IMG/VR virus record: IMGVR_UViG_3300031251_000001
Span: 62,001 to 126,000 of that record
Strand: one strand, 5' to 3'
Length of the DNA stretch: 64,000 nt
Positions within the stretch are counted from its first letter, which is position 1; each line of letters opens with the position of its first letter. The notes under the pieces are model-generated. The model was given only the letters and a program-made list of their open reading frames with translations. It was not told the DNA's origin and searched no databases. Below, one piece after another: positions 55,901 through 64,000 of this stretch. The position numbers and the translations under genes are program-made.

Positions 55901-58844
55901 GGTCGGTACCATCGCGACCGGCACCTGGGCCGGTACAGCGGTGGGCACCACGCATGGCGGCACCGGCGCCACGTCAGCCAATGCAGGATTTAATGCCCTG
56001 GCTCCGTCGCAGACAGGCAACTCAGGCAAGTTCCTTACCACGGATGGCACCAACACTTCTTGGGGTACCGTCTCCGGTGGCGGCGGTAGCGGCACCGTCA
56101 CCAGCGTCGGCTTGGCACTCCCGGCTGAGTTCAGCGTCAGCGGCACCCCAGTCATCAGCACTGGCACGCTTACTGGCAGCTGGGCTAACGCCACAGCCAA
56201 CCAGGTCTTCTCCGGACCTACTACGGGCAGCCCTGGTACGCCTGCCTTCCGTGCCTTGGTGGTCGCTGACATTCCGACGCTCACCTCGGCCAAGATCAGC
56301 GACTTTGACACGCAGGTTCGCACTTCGACGCTGGCACAGATGGCTGCTCCTGGTGCCGACGTCTCGATGAACAACCATAAGCTCACGAGTGTTGCCGATC
56401 CTGTTTCCTCTCAGGACGCTGCCAACAAGCAATACGTCGATATGGCGATTCAGGGGCTGAAGCAAAAGCCGACCGCCACGGTGGCCACGACTGCCGCGCT
56501 GGCTGCCTGCACCTACGGCAACGGCTCGGCAGGATTGGGTGCCACGCTGACTGGGAACAGCAACGGTGCCCTGACCGTTGATACGCACGCTGTCGCAGTC
56601 GGTGAGCGGGTGCTGGTGAAGAATCAGGTCGCTGGAGAACAAAACGGCCTCTACACCCAGACACAGTTGGGTGATGGATCGCATCCATTTATTCTGACTC
56701 GTGACATCTCTATGGATGTCAGCACCGAGTATTCCGGTGCCTTTATCCCGGTGCTGGACGTCGGTTCAGTCAACAACAATACGATCTGGCTGTGTGATAA
56801 CACTTCCACGCCCACCGTGGGCACGACGGCCATCACTTTCGTCCAGATCGCTGCGGCCGGCAGCTACACTGCCAGCACAGGCATTACTATCACTGGTTCC
56901 GCTATTTCATTAACAGCCCCTGTGACTCCAGCCCTGGGCGGTACCGGCACGACGACCGTCTTCACTTCAGGCAACATGGTTTTCGCGGGAGCGTCGGGCG
57001 TCTACACGCAGGACGCCAACTTCCACTATGACTCGACCAACCACTACCTGGTAGTTGGTACGACCGGCTCGGCCCAGGGCATTCTGCACGGTACCTCTTC
57101 AGCCGCGATTCCAGTGCTATTTGGCTACACCAATACCACATCATCTGGTCAGCTTATTGATGTCTACAATGGTGGTTCGCGTCGATTCATGTTCGACGGT
57201 TACGGGCAGCTTTACCTGAATGACATTCAGAACTCGGGCTGCAACGCAACTGGATCGCTCGCTTGTATCACTTGCCCTGCCAACGCCGGCGACAAGATCT
57301 ACCTCTATTCCAACGCTGGTAGTTCCCGCTGGGGCTTCGGGATCAGCTCCTGGACATTCAACATGTTCATGGACGGTGGCAATCCCGGTACCGGCAAGTT
57401 CACCTGGAACACGTCGCCTAGCAGCGGCAACTGCTCTGGCAACGGTACCTCCATCGCCAACCTCTACACCATTGGCACGTTTGAGCTGCTGCTCAATACC
57501 GACGCAGCCAAGGGTGTTTCGGTCAAGAACAATAGTGCCAGCTCTTCCGGCAACTGTTTCGAGATGAAGGATAGCAGTAGCAACGTCCTCTTTGCTGTGG
57601 CGGCCAAAGGTAACACCAGTCTGACACAGTTGGCCCAGACGACGGGAGCTCCGCCAACGCTACTCACGCTGACAGGTGCTGCCCACACCGGCATGACCGC
57701 CTCAACTGAGTTCATCAACGCTAACTTCAACTTCGCGCAGTCCGTGCAATTCGCTACGGGTAACATCGCCCTGCAACGCTGTGTGCTCTTCCAGGCCCCG
57801 AGCTACGCCTTCGTGGGTGCCTCGACCATCACCACGTCGGCCACCGTCTACATTGCCGGTGCCCCCAACCAGGGTTCCAGCAACACCACGACTAACCCTG
57901 TTGCCTTGATGGTGGGCAATGTCCACACCGCTGACATCGGCATGATCATCCAGGGGGCGGCCAGTGCCACTGGTGATCTCCTCCGGCTCTGGGACAGCAG
58001 CAGTGCCATCCTGGCTAAGTTTGCCGCAGCGGGTGACTTCACGCTCTCGCCTGGCGTGCGTACCACGGGATCACCGACGCACTTCACGCTGACCGGTGCC
58101 GCTCACACTTCGCTGACAGCCTCCACCGAGGCGTCAGACATTAACATCAACCTGAACCGTACTGTTCAGTTTGCCACCGGTGCTCTGACCACCCAGCGGG
58201 CGGTGCGTATTCAGGCTCCGACGTACGGGTTTGTAGCAGCCTCCACGCTCACAACTGGCGTCACCTGCGACATCAGCGGTGCCCCGGTGGCCGGCACTAA
58301 CGCTACCATCACCAACCAGATTGCCTTACGTGTCGCTGCTGGCGTTGCCAGTGGTGTTCCGCTCGTCGTCCAGGGTGCCAGCAGCCAGTCGAAAGACTTG
58401 ATGCAGATCCAGGACAGCTCGGGCACGGTAATCAACAACTGCGATAAAGACGGCTACATGTTCCCGTTTGCCATGGGCTTCAACCTGGCGGTGGGAGTGG
58501 CTGCGACCACAGGCACCAATCTGACTTGTGTGCTCCAGCTTCCCTGTGACTGTAAAATCGTCGACGTCGCGGCCTACGCTAAGACAGGGCCGACTGGTGC
58601 GGATTTGATCTTCGATCTTCTCTATCACGCTACTGACGATGCCAGTGCTACGACGATCTGGACTACCACAGGTAATCGTGTCAAGATCACGGCTGGCAAC
58701 AAGACCGGACACTCCTCGGCCTTTGATGTTTCGACGTTCGCCAAGTACGGTGTGATCGTCGCTAACATCTTCCAGGTGGGTAGCACCATCGCCGGAAAAG
58801 ACATCACTCTCACCTGCTGGTTCCGCGGCAAGGAAGCACGATAA
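52974..58844 (+). CDS. Long repeat-built fibre protein (tail or head fibre)
   Basis: 1956 aa, Thr/Gly/Ser/Ala-rich, with GGTG repeats, 'HKITN...DAVNK.Y.D' fibre motifs and three modules spaced ~390 aa apart. Confidence 0.8.
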   Translation: MGTLTGHTPATTYPSLMHIDPNVDGTLRRMTDGLGNPLPILVSSTAVEIDQPLSLTTLDITTLTSGGVNSSLVPSVDNTYSLGSSSKRWAYLYVDHLDFADPIPIDSGGTGSTTAYDARVALLPSMLGSGNHLFQVNTGGTDIAVSVITVDQLVVTLNDQTIAGNKTFTGKTSFATILSSFIPDADNTYDLGSTSKRWRSADVVGIDISGSITGNVNPATSLAFNVGTPTARWNTLYANAVNTNFLGVVGFVQTNLSPYVSGLSLGVTANRWSSAYIDTLTLTNPLTAANGGTGAATAAAHAALMGPTSGSAAAPSFRVPVVADLSDFDTAVRAYRLDQFAAPTADVSMNSHKITNLAVPSASNDAVNKAYADGLVTGLIQKASATVAATSALPACTYANGTAGVGATLTGNSNGALTVDTYAVQAGNFVLVAGQASQLQNGVYLVTQAGDGSHPFILTRHASMDETNEFSGSLVPVEDAGSANANSLWLCTNTGSPVVGTDAITFVQLNKGTDLQSGTGITISGNTVSVTGILSTFYGLSSTAGWLHNNGSGTLTYSTPTQSDVGLSNVENTALSTWAGTTNITTLGTIATGTWAGTAVGVTHGGTGGTSANAGLNNLLPSQTGNSGKTLVTDGTNTSWGVGGGSVTSVGLALPSSEFVISGSPVTGSGTLTGAWQVQLQNYVFAGPSASSFATPGFRLLVSGDIPQTLDHTWITDFDTQVHTSRLDQLAVPTSDVSMNSHKITNVATPTSSGDAVNKSYADALALGSIPKITAQLATAGALPACTYANGTSGVGATLTGNSNGALTVDGTVVQSAWRVLVTSQSSALQNGLYDVTTVGDGSHPFVLTRNASMDQNSEFAGSFIPVEDEGTSQANSIWLCVTTAAPTIGTDPIAFTRLNKATDLAAGTGIGISGNTVSVAGITLTFASLGNSSGWLHNDGSGTLIYSTPTPTNLGLGNVENTALSTWAGTTNITTVGTIATGTWAGTAVGTTHGGTGATSANAGFNALAPSQTGNSGKFLTTDGTNTSWGTVSGGGGSGTVTSVGLALPAEFSVSGTPVISTGTLTGSWANATANQVFSGPTTGSPGTPAFRALVVADIPTLTSAKISDFDTQVRTSTLAQMAAPGADVSMNNHKLTSVADPVSSQDAANKQYVDMAIQGLKQKPTATVATTAALAACTYGNGSAGLGATLTGNSNGALTVDTHAVAVGERVLVKNQVAGEQNGLYTQTQLGDGSHPFILTRDISMDVSTEYSGAFIPVLDVGSVNNNTIWLCDNTSTPTVGTTAITFVQIAAAGSYTASTGITITGSAISLTAPVTPALGGTGTTTVFTSGNMVFAGASGVYTQDANFHYDSTNHYLVVGTTGSAQGILHGTSSAAIPVLFGYTNTTSSGQLIDVYNGGSRRFMFDGYGQLYLNDIQNSGCNATGSLACITCPANAGDKIYLYSNAGSSRWGFGISSWTFNMFMDGGNPGTGKFTWNTSPSSGNCSGNGTSIANLYTIGTFELLLNTDAAKGVSVKNNSASSSGNCFEMKDSSSNVLFAVAAKGNTSLTQLAQTTGAPPTLLTLTGAAHTGMTASTEFINANFNFAQSVQFATGNIALQRCVLFQAPSYAFVGASTITTSATVYIAGAPNQGSSNTTTNPVALMVGNVHTADIGMIIQGAASATGDLLRLWDSSSAILAKFAAAGDFTLSPGVRTTGSPTHFTLTGAAHTSLTASTEASDININLNRTVQFATGALTTQRAVRIQAPTYGFVAASTLTTGVTCDISGAPVAGTNATITNQIALRVAAGVASGVPLVVQGASSQSKDLMQIQDSSGTVINNCDKDGYMFPFAMGFNLAVGVAATTGTNLTCVLQLPCDCKIVDVAAYAKTGPTGADLIFDLLYHATDDASATTIWTTTGNRVKITAGNKTGHSSAFDVSTFAKYGVIVANIFQVGSTIAGKDITLTCWFRGKEAR

Positions 58845-58846
58845 TC

Positions 58847-59491
58847 ATGTCGACAGACACTTACAACTCGTCAACCACCTGGGTCTGCCCAGCTGGTGTT
58901 ACTTCAGCTGCTGTGGAGTGCTGGGGCGCTGGAGGTGGCGGAGGAAACGCCAGCGGACTGGCTGGCGGTGCGGGCGGCACGGGAGGAGCGTACGCCAAGA
59001 AAAACACATTTACCACGACTCCTGGTAATAGCTACACTGTTCACGTTGGTTCCGGATCGGCTCACACCAATGGTGGTGACTCCTGGTTCGACAGTGGGGC
59101 GGCAATCTACGCCAGCGGTGGGCCAGCAGGAGGCCTCACCACTACCGACAACTCCGTCGGAGATGTTATCCACCTCGGTGCAGCCGGTGGTGGCCCTAGC
59201 GGCACCAACGGCGGTGGTGGAGGCAGCTCTGGCGGCACCAGTGCAGCGGGAAATGCCGGAAGCGGAGTGACCGCAGGTGCAGCGGTCAGTGGCGGTGGTG
59301 CGGGCGGCAACGGCGGTGCAGCTAACACGATTGGAAGCGCGGGAAGCACCCCTGGCGGTGCTGGCGGTGGTGGAGGTAAATCTACCGGCACGGGAGCGGC
59401 AGGCGGTAACGGTCAGGTCTCGATCACTTATACCCCGCCCGCTGGAACTCCACGAGTCAACCGAAGCTGTGTCGGCATGTTTTGCAACTGA
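58847..59491 (+). CDS. Glycine-rich virion-associated protein
   Basis: 'WVCPAGVT...VECWGAGGGGG' glycine-rich domain typical of phage fibre loci. Confidence 0.75.
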   Translation: MSTDTYNSSTTWVCPAGVTSAAVECWGAGGGGGNASGLAGGAGGTGGAYAKKNTFTTTPGNSYTVHVGSGSAHTNGGDSWFDSGAAIYASGGPAGGLTTTDNSVGDVIHLGAAGGGPSGTNGGGGGSSGGTSAAGNAGSGVTAGAAVSGGGAGGNGGAANTIGSAGSTPGGAGGGGGKSTGTGAAGGNGQVSITYTPPAGTPRVNRSCVGMFCN

Positions 59492-59493
59492 CA

Positions 59494-59530
59494 GCTAAAG
59501 AAAAGAATCCCGGCCGCGATGGCCGGGATT
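59494..59530. terminator. Terminator between convergent genes, with TTTTCTTTAGC tail on the minus strand
   Basis: 10-bp stem AATCCCGGCC/GGCCGGGATT. Confidence 0.85.
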
Positions 59531-59554
59531 GAGTTGTTTTGCCTTACTGCTTCA

Positions 59555-60499
59555 TTAGACTTTAGGGTGCTTCAGGCCAACACCTTGTGGCGAGCAGCTG
59601 TTGTCGACGATCACATCATCAAACAATTCAGGGATAGTACCTTTACACACGCTGAGGATGCCGTGTGTCAGGTAGCGGATTTCCTCGTCAGCGTGCTTGG
59701 ATCCACGCATGCTGATGAAGTGCCGCAAGGCCCGAACATTGGCAGTAGCGATCATCATCGTCTCGGTGCAATTCGGCAGGCAATTGCGGGCGGTCTGGAA
59801 ACCGATCTTTCGCTTCTCGGTCTTCTCCATGTTGTCAAAGTCGGGACCTGAGAGCTCAGCCGTGATCATATCAGCCGTAGCGTTGTATTCAGCGACATTG
59901 GCGAATCGCTGTTGCAGCCAGAGATAACCAATCTCCGTCTCTTCTTTGGTAGCGTTTCTACCCCAGTTCTCAACGAGCGTTTTATTCCCGGCGTCAACCT
60001 GAAACTCAGGTGGGTCCTGCATGCTGATTGCGGTAATCCCGAAGCTCAGTGACGAGAAGATGCCCTTAGTCAATCGTGGAGGGACCACGAAGGCCAGACG
60101 TTTGGCGTCGACGTATCGTTGACTGAGTTGTGAGTATCCCCAGCCGGCACGGTGACGGACGAACTCGTGGGTCAGGCTGCGGGAGACGCCGGAGATGGCC
60201 ATGGTGATGTTGGAGTGTTCCAGCACCGAACCGTGCCCACTGGAGAGGATGTTACCAACGTAGGCAGCAATGCCACCCGGTCGTGGTTTGTCGAAGCTCA
60301 GGTAACAGGTGCGACCAGCTACTTCGCAGTTTCTGGCTCCGTGGGAGACACCAGGTACTTCGGTCTGATCTTTGATGCCGAGTTGGTCGAGCCAGCTGCG
60401 GAAGTTCTCGGAGTGGAACTCCGGACGCGAGATCATCGTCACCACGGGAGCTGAGATGATGGTGATCGATTGGTTGTGCCGATGGACTTTGATTCTCAT
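59555..60499 (-). CDS. thyX: Flavin-dependent thymidylate synthase
   Basis: ThyX motif RHR-x7-S-x-R (RHRAGWGYSQLSQRY), 'GHGSVLEH', 'ARNCLPN' and 'HADEEIR'. Confidence 0.95.
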   Translation of the reverse strand: MRIKVHRHNQSITIISAPVVTMISRPEFHSENFRSWLDQLGIKDQTEVPGVSHGARNCEVAGRTCYLSFDKPRPGGIAAYVGNILSSGHGSVLEHSNITMAISGVSRSLTHEFVRHRAGWGYSQLSQRYVDAKRLAFVVPPRLTKGIFSSLSFGITAISMQDPPEFQVDAGNKTLVENWGRNATKEETEIGYLWLQQRFANVAEYNATADMITAELSGPDFDNMEKTEKRKIGFQTARNCLPNCTETMMIATANVRALRHFISMRGSKHADEEIRYLTHGILSVCKGTIPELFDDVIVDNSCSPQGVGLKHPKV

Positions 60500-60522
60500 A
60501 GGACCTCGTTGGTTAGGGGTTT

Positions 60523-60538
60523 CAAAATACGTATTTTG
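60523..60538. repeat. Dispersed palindrome CAAAATACGTATTTTG, copy 5
   Basis: 16-bp palindrome about 24 nt upstream of thyX. Confidence 0.95.
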
Positions 60539-60690
60539 GATTAGTTAGTTGTGGCTACCGACCACCAATGGACTCGGCCCGATCGCCTAATGGACGTAAG
60601 GGGTTTGCCCGACCATCGTGCGTTGTGCCGGCGACCACCCACCAGGAGTGGCCTCACCAGCTGTAGGCCTGTCGGAGGCCCCTTGAACTG

Positions 60691-60993
60691 TCATTTAGAC
60701 GGGTAAGGTCTGCCGCCCAGATTGTTGATAGCGTTATCAGGCGTGACGAAATCAGCCTTGTTACCACCCACCATGATGGGCGGCATAGTGATACCCATGA
60801 CTCCCACCCAGATACGACCCGTTCGATTGACTTCATCAAGTTCTTCCTGGGTTAGCTTCCATGAGGAAATAACCGCAGCAAAACCTTGAATCAAACGACG
60901 TGAGATACACAACGGGTCACAGTCGTCAGCCCTGACGTCGTTAGGACGACCCAAGACTGCTTCAGACTCGTCGAACGACGCGGCGACTGCCAT
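60691..60993 (-). CDS. Hypothetical protein
   Basis: 100 aa with 'SSWKLTQEELDEVNRTGRIWV'. Confidence 0.65.
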   Translation of the reverse strand: MAVAASFDESEAVLGRPNDVRADDCDPLCISRRLIQGFAAVISSWKLTQEELDEVNRTGRIWVGVMGITMPPIMVGGNKADFVTPDNAINNLGGRPYPSK

Positions 60994-63010
60994 CTTTCCT
61001 CCAGTTCGCTTTGACCAGGGCCTTCACCATCGGAGGCGGGACGCTGTTGCCGATCTTAGCCACCTGGTTGGCTTTGGTGCCGGTCAGGATGTAATCCTCA
61101 CCGAACCCCTGAGCCGTGGCCAGCTCGCGTGGCTGCAGCATCCGTAGACCAATGTCCACGATGATGTGTGGCTCACCATCAACCATCACAGTCACCAGGC
61201 CAAAACGATCCTTAGTGGAGATCGTATGGAGCGAATCAGCACAACTCTGATCCTGCCCGCCCGTCGAGTAGTGCTTCGTCAGGAAGGCGTAAACCAGACC
61301 AGCTTTGTTAGCCTGGGCGGTCGTGACGCCGAGCGGAAGCTCGATGTCCTGACCATCCTGGTGATTCTGGAACCGCAGCAAGGAAGCCGCCGCCAGGTTG
61401 TTACGGTTGGTCTGTGTTGTAATGGGCGGCAGCGGTTCGTCAATAGGCTTCGAGGAGGGCTCACCGTGGTTGTTCTTGACGATCGTGGCAGCCAGTAGAC
61501 CCAAAGCATGAGCAGCGCCGGCAGGTCGTTTAGCCCCCGCCCCGCTGGTGATCGTGGGCATGGGTTCTTTAACCGACTGACCCGCGCTCTTGCCGCGATG
61601 CTTCATCAGACTGACGGCTGTCAGGCTGCTGTGGTCTACTGCAGTGATGGTAGGTGCCGGCTGATCCAGCTTCTGTCCGATTACGCCCGTGTAGTGCTTG
61701 TTCAGGAAGGCGGTGACCAGTCCTGATTTCTGCTTCTTCACGATCGTGTTGACCGGCTTATCGACTCCACGCACTCGCGGCTTCTGACCCTTGCGTTCAC
61801 CGTAGCCCTGATCGATGATGCCGGCGGCAGCGGCCAACTCCGTCTGGACCACCGCATGTCGCTTGCTGGCAGTCTGCGTACGTAACGGCTCATCGACTGC
61901 AGCCCCACGGAACTTGTTGGATTCCTTGTTGGTACCGTTGAAAGTCGAGATGTGTGGCGTCACGAGAGCGAAGCCGTTCTTCTTGACAATGGTACCCAGA
62001 GGTTTGTCGGTCGGCTGACCACGAAAGTGTTTGCTGCCGGCGTTGTCTACCCGGACGACGTAGGGGTCAACGACGCAGTGTTCCTGCTTAGAGACCACCG
62101 TCGTCAGTGGATCATTGATGTCGTTGGTATAGTCGCCATTTCCACCCGTTTGTCCGAGTCGTACGATGAACGGGGTTGGATTGTCGATGACGTACTTAAA
62201 GACACCCCGAGCCACTCGGTCAAGGGTCTTCTCCTTGTGCTTAATCTTGCGATCGAAGATAGATGGGCATGGAATGGACCAATCGATGCACTCGGCAGCC
62301 GTGCGGTAAGGCAGGAGACCTGGACCGTGTGTTTTGTCGGGCCAAACGATCGCTTGGCCGTCACGTCGCATGATGATAAACAGGCGACGCCGATTGGTGG
62401 GTGCACCGTAATCAGCGGCGTTGAGGATGCGATACTCGATGACATACCCGATGTTCTCCAGTCTTTTCTTCCAACGGTTAAAGGTTTGCCCCATCTTCTT
62501 TGGGTTCGGGAACCAGCCCCAGACCATCTTGGTGATTTTCTTCCCGCTCTTGGTCTTCACCTTGGCCTTGACCTTCTTCCGAGTGAGCGGCCCCCAGCCG
62601 AGGAACTCACGCACGTTCTCCATGAAGATCATGTCGGGCTTAACCTTCTCGGCCCACTCCGGGATGCACCAGGCCAGGCCACGGATCTTCTTTGAGACGG
62701 GCTTGCCGCCCTTGGCGCGGGAGAAGTGACGGCAATCGGGCGAGAACCAGGCCAGGCGTACCGGCTTGCCGTGCGTGACGGCCACCGGATCCAGCGAGCC
62801 CAGGTCCTCGCAGTAGTGCAACGTCTCCGGATGGTTGGCGGCGTGCATCCACAGCGCTGAGACATCATGGTTGATGGCGATATCAGGCGGACGCCCGATA
62901 CCGGCCTCAATCCCCGTGGACGCCCCACCGCCGCCGGCGAAGTTATCGATGACCAGGTAGTCCCGGTCTTTCAGGTGCTTCGCTGACTTGCGGGTGGGGC
63001 GACGAGACAA
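60962..63010 (-). CDS. DNA (cytosine-5)-methyltransferase, phage type with internal repeats (start approximate)
   Basis: Motif I 'DNFAGGGGAS', IV 'SPDC', VI 'ENV', VIII 'RRRLF', X 'IGNSVPP'. TTG 63010 chosen to avoid overlap with the upstream gene. Confidence 0.92.
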   Translation of the reverse strand: MSRRPTRKSAKHLKDRDYLVIDNFAGGGGASTGIEAGIGRPPDIAINHDVSALWMHAANHPETLHYCEDLGSLDPVAVTHGKPVRLAWFSPDCRHFSRAKGGKPVSKKIRGLAWCIPEWAEKVKPDMIFMENVREFLGWGPLTRKKVKAKVKTKSGKKITKMVWGWFPNPKKMGQTFNRWKKRLENIGYVIEYRILNAADYGAPTNRRRLFIIMRRDGQAIVWPDKTHGPGLLPYRTAAECIDWSIPCPSIFDRKIKHKEKTLDRVARGVFKYVIDNPTPFIVRLGQTGGNGDYTNDINDPLTTVVSKQEHCVVDPYVVRVDNAGSKHFRGQPTDKPLGTIVKKNGFALVTPHISTFNGTNKESNKFRGAAVDEPLRTQTASKRHAVVQTELAAAAGIIDQGYGERKGQKPRVRGVDKPVNTIVKKQKSGLVTAFLNKHYTGVIGQKLDQPAPTITAVDHSSLTAVSLMKHRGKSAGQSVKEPMPTITSGAGAKRPAGAAHALGLLAATIVKNNHGEPSSKPIDEPLPPITTQTNRNNLAAASLLRFQNHQDGQDIELPLGVTTAQANKAGLVYAFLTKHYSTGGQDQSCADSLHTISTKDRFGLVTVMVDGEPHIIVDIGLRMLQPRELATAQGFGEDYILTGTKANQVAKIGNSVPPPMVKALVKANWRKDGSRRVVRRV

Positions 63011-63023
63011 GGCGTAGCTGAAA

Positions 63024-63503
63024 TCAAGAGGGCTTGCGGGCGGCGAGGTAGTCCTCTTCCGTTGGGTTGTTGTGGGTGACTTGGATGCTGGTGGCGTGCG
63101 TGCCGGGGAGGATGACTTGCGCGACGTTGGCATAGAGGAACTCAGATCCTTGTTCGGGGTTGATGATCCAGTCATCGAGCTTGCCGGTGAAGCCGCACAA
63201 GCGGCACAGTTGTTGAAGAGACTTGGGGTCAATCATGTGGCCGAAGGGCTTGTCGGTCAGCCAGGCCTTGAGGAAGCGAACGTACTGGCCGGTCTTGACC
63301 TGCTGCACGATCAAGGAGATCGCCAGACCGCCAATGTTCATGCGGAACTGGGGACGCATCGGGATGGGCGGTGCTCCCTCGACGGCCTTGAGCTCGATGA
63401 ACTTCGGCAGGGAGATCTTCTCCTTGTGCTGCCGATCGGCGAACTCGATCAAACGAATCCGATCCTCTTCGAGGAGGACCGGACGATGGGTCGTGTCACT
63501 CAT
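63024..63503 (-). CDS. Hypothetical protein
   Basis: ORF from ATG 63503, 2 nt after the upstream stop. Confidence 0.65.
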   Translation of the reverse strand: MSDTTHRPVLLEEDRIRLIEFADRQHKEKISLPKFIELKAVEGAPPIPMRPQFRMNIGGLAISLIVQQVKTGQYVRFLKAWLTDKPFGHMIDPKSLQQLCRLCGFTGKLDDWIINPEQGSEFLYANVAQVILPGTHATSIQVTHNNPTEEDYLAARKPS

Positions 63504-63505
63504 GA

Positions 63506-64000
63506 TTACCAGGACTTCCTTTGGTAGACGGACAGGCCATTGTTGTTGGTAGCTTGGTGGATCAGATCCCACTCACCCCGCACCGCTGGGTCAGTGAATC
63601 CCAGGTGGATACCGGAAAGCAGGCCCGTCTCACCAGGTGTTTCACCGTTAAGGCCGAACGTGGTCGTGTCATGGAACACGATGTACTTGTTGACCTTGTT
63701 GGCGTGGGTGATGATCTCACGTTCGACAACCGGACCGTCGTGCTTGGTGTCAATGAAGAGCATGTCGCATCGTTGCAGATAAGGCAACTCTTTGGTGGTG
63801 TCAGCGATGGTACAGCCAGGTACGAAATCAGGATGGCAATGCTTCACCAAATTACCAATCACCATTGCACAGGCAGAATTGATGTCGTAACCGACGTACT
63901 TAGCCGGCAACCCCAGTTGTTTTCTGGCGTTTTGACCGGCCACCAGGGCAACAGTTGAGACGCCAGCTCTGATACCGAACTCCGCGACCCCTTCACAGCT
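63506..64000 (-). CDS. Class I SAM-dependent methyltransferase (5' truncated by window edge)
   Basis: Frame is open to the window end: 'EFGIRAGVST...GYDI...DMLFIDTKH...IVFHDT'. Confidence 0.8.
   Translation of the reverse strand, partial: SCEGVAEFGIRAGVSTVALVAGQNARKQLGLPAKYVGYDINSACAMVIGNLVKHCHPDFVPGCTIADTTKELPYLQRCDMLFIDTKHDGPVVEREIITHANKVNKYIVFHDTTTFGLNGETPGETGLLSGIHLGFTDPAVRGEWDLIHQATNNNGLSVYQRKSW

Larger units (their letters stand above)
1..64000. mobile_element. Segment of a large contractile-tailed bacteriophage genome (virion morphogenesis, phage RNA polymerase and accessory genes)
   Basis: Contiguous capsid, sheath, tube, tape measure and baseplate genes, plus phage-type RNAP, ThyX and DNA methylase. 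No host housekeeping operons, integrase or att site visible. Confidence 0.93.

Noticed and set aside
52974-58844. Diversity-generating retroelement or invertase-driven fibre switching
   Set aside because: No reverse transcriptase or recombinase is present. The repeats differ at synonymous positions generally, not specifically at adenines.
10596-60538. Palindromes as a CRISPR array or terminators
   Set aside because: The copies are kilobases apart with no spacers and no cas genes. They are loop-less and AT-rich, unlike the real terminators here.
1-64000. Stop-codon recoding and host assignment
   Set aside because: Genes are full-length in the standard code with TAA, TAG and TGA all used as stops. 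Nothing in the window identifies the host reliably.

Overview
The whole window is a gene-dense, GC-rich segment of a large myovirus-type (contractile-tailed) bacteriophage. Nearly all genes are on the minus strand. In transcription order (right to left) it holds: (1) accessory genes: SAM methyltransferase, cytosine-C5 DNA methyltransferase and ThyX; (2) an oppositely oriented repeat-rich fibre gene and a holin-like gene; (3) a sulfotransferase, a candidate ~220-nt structured RNA and a pyrophosphatase/HAD fusion; (4) a block of putative internal-virion proteins containing a two-gene multisubunit-type RNA polymerase (a beta/beta'-N fusion with an intein, plus beta'-C); (5) prohead protease, scaffold and capsid genes; (6) neck, sheath, tube, spike, chaperones, tape measure and baseplate genes, with a sigma factor among the baseplate genes. 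The most unusual signals are five. The RNAP intein's endonuclease position is occupied by a well-formed 83-codon gene in the +1 frame with its own RBS. A K-x-A motif pervades the head-module proteins, including the RNAP beta'-C protein, suggesting a protease-processed packaged transcription kit. A perfect 16-20 bp AT-rich palindrome (CAAAATACGTATTTTG) occurs in five dispersed copies. A multi-branched ncRNA candidate lies at 50106-50323. Accessory genes share a promoter/leader/terminator grammar. All functional calls come from motif recognition and synteny by eye; no database search was run.
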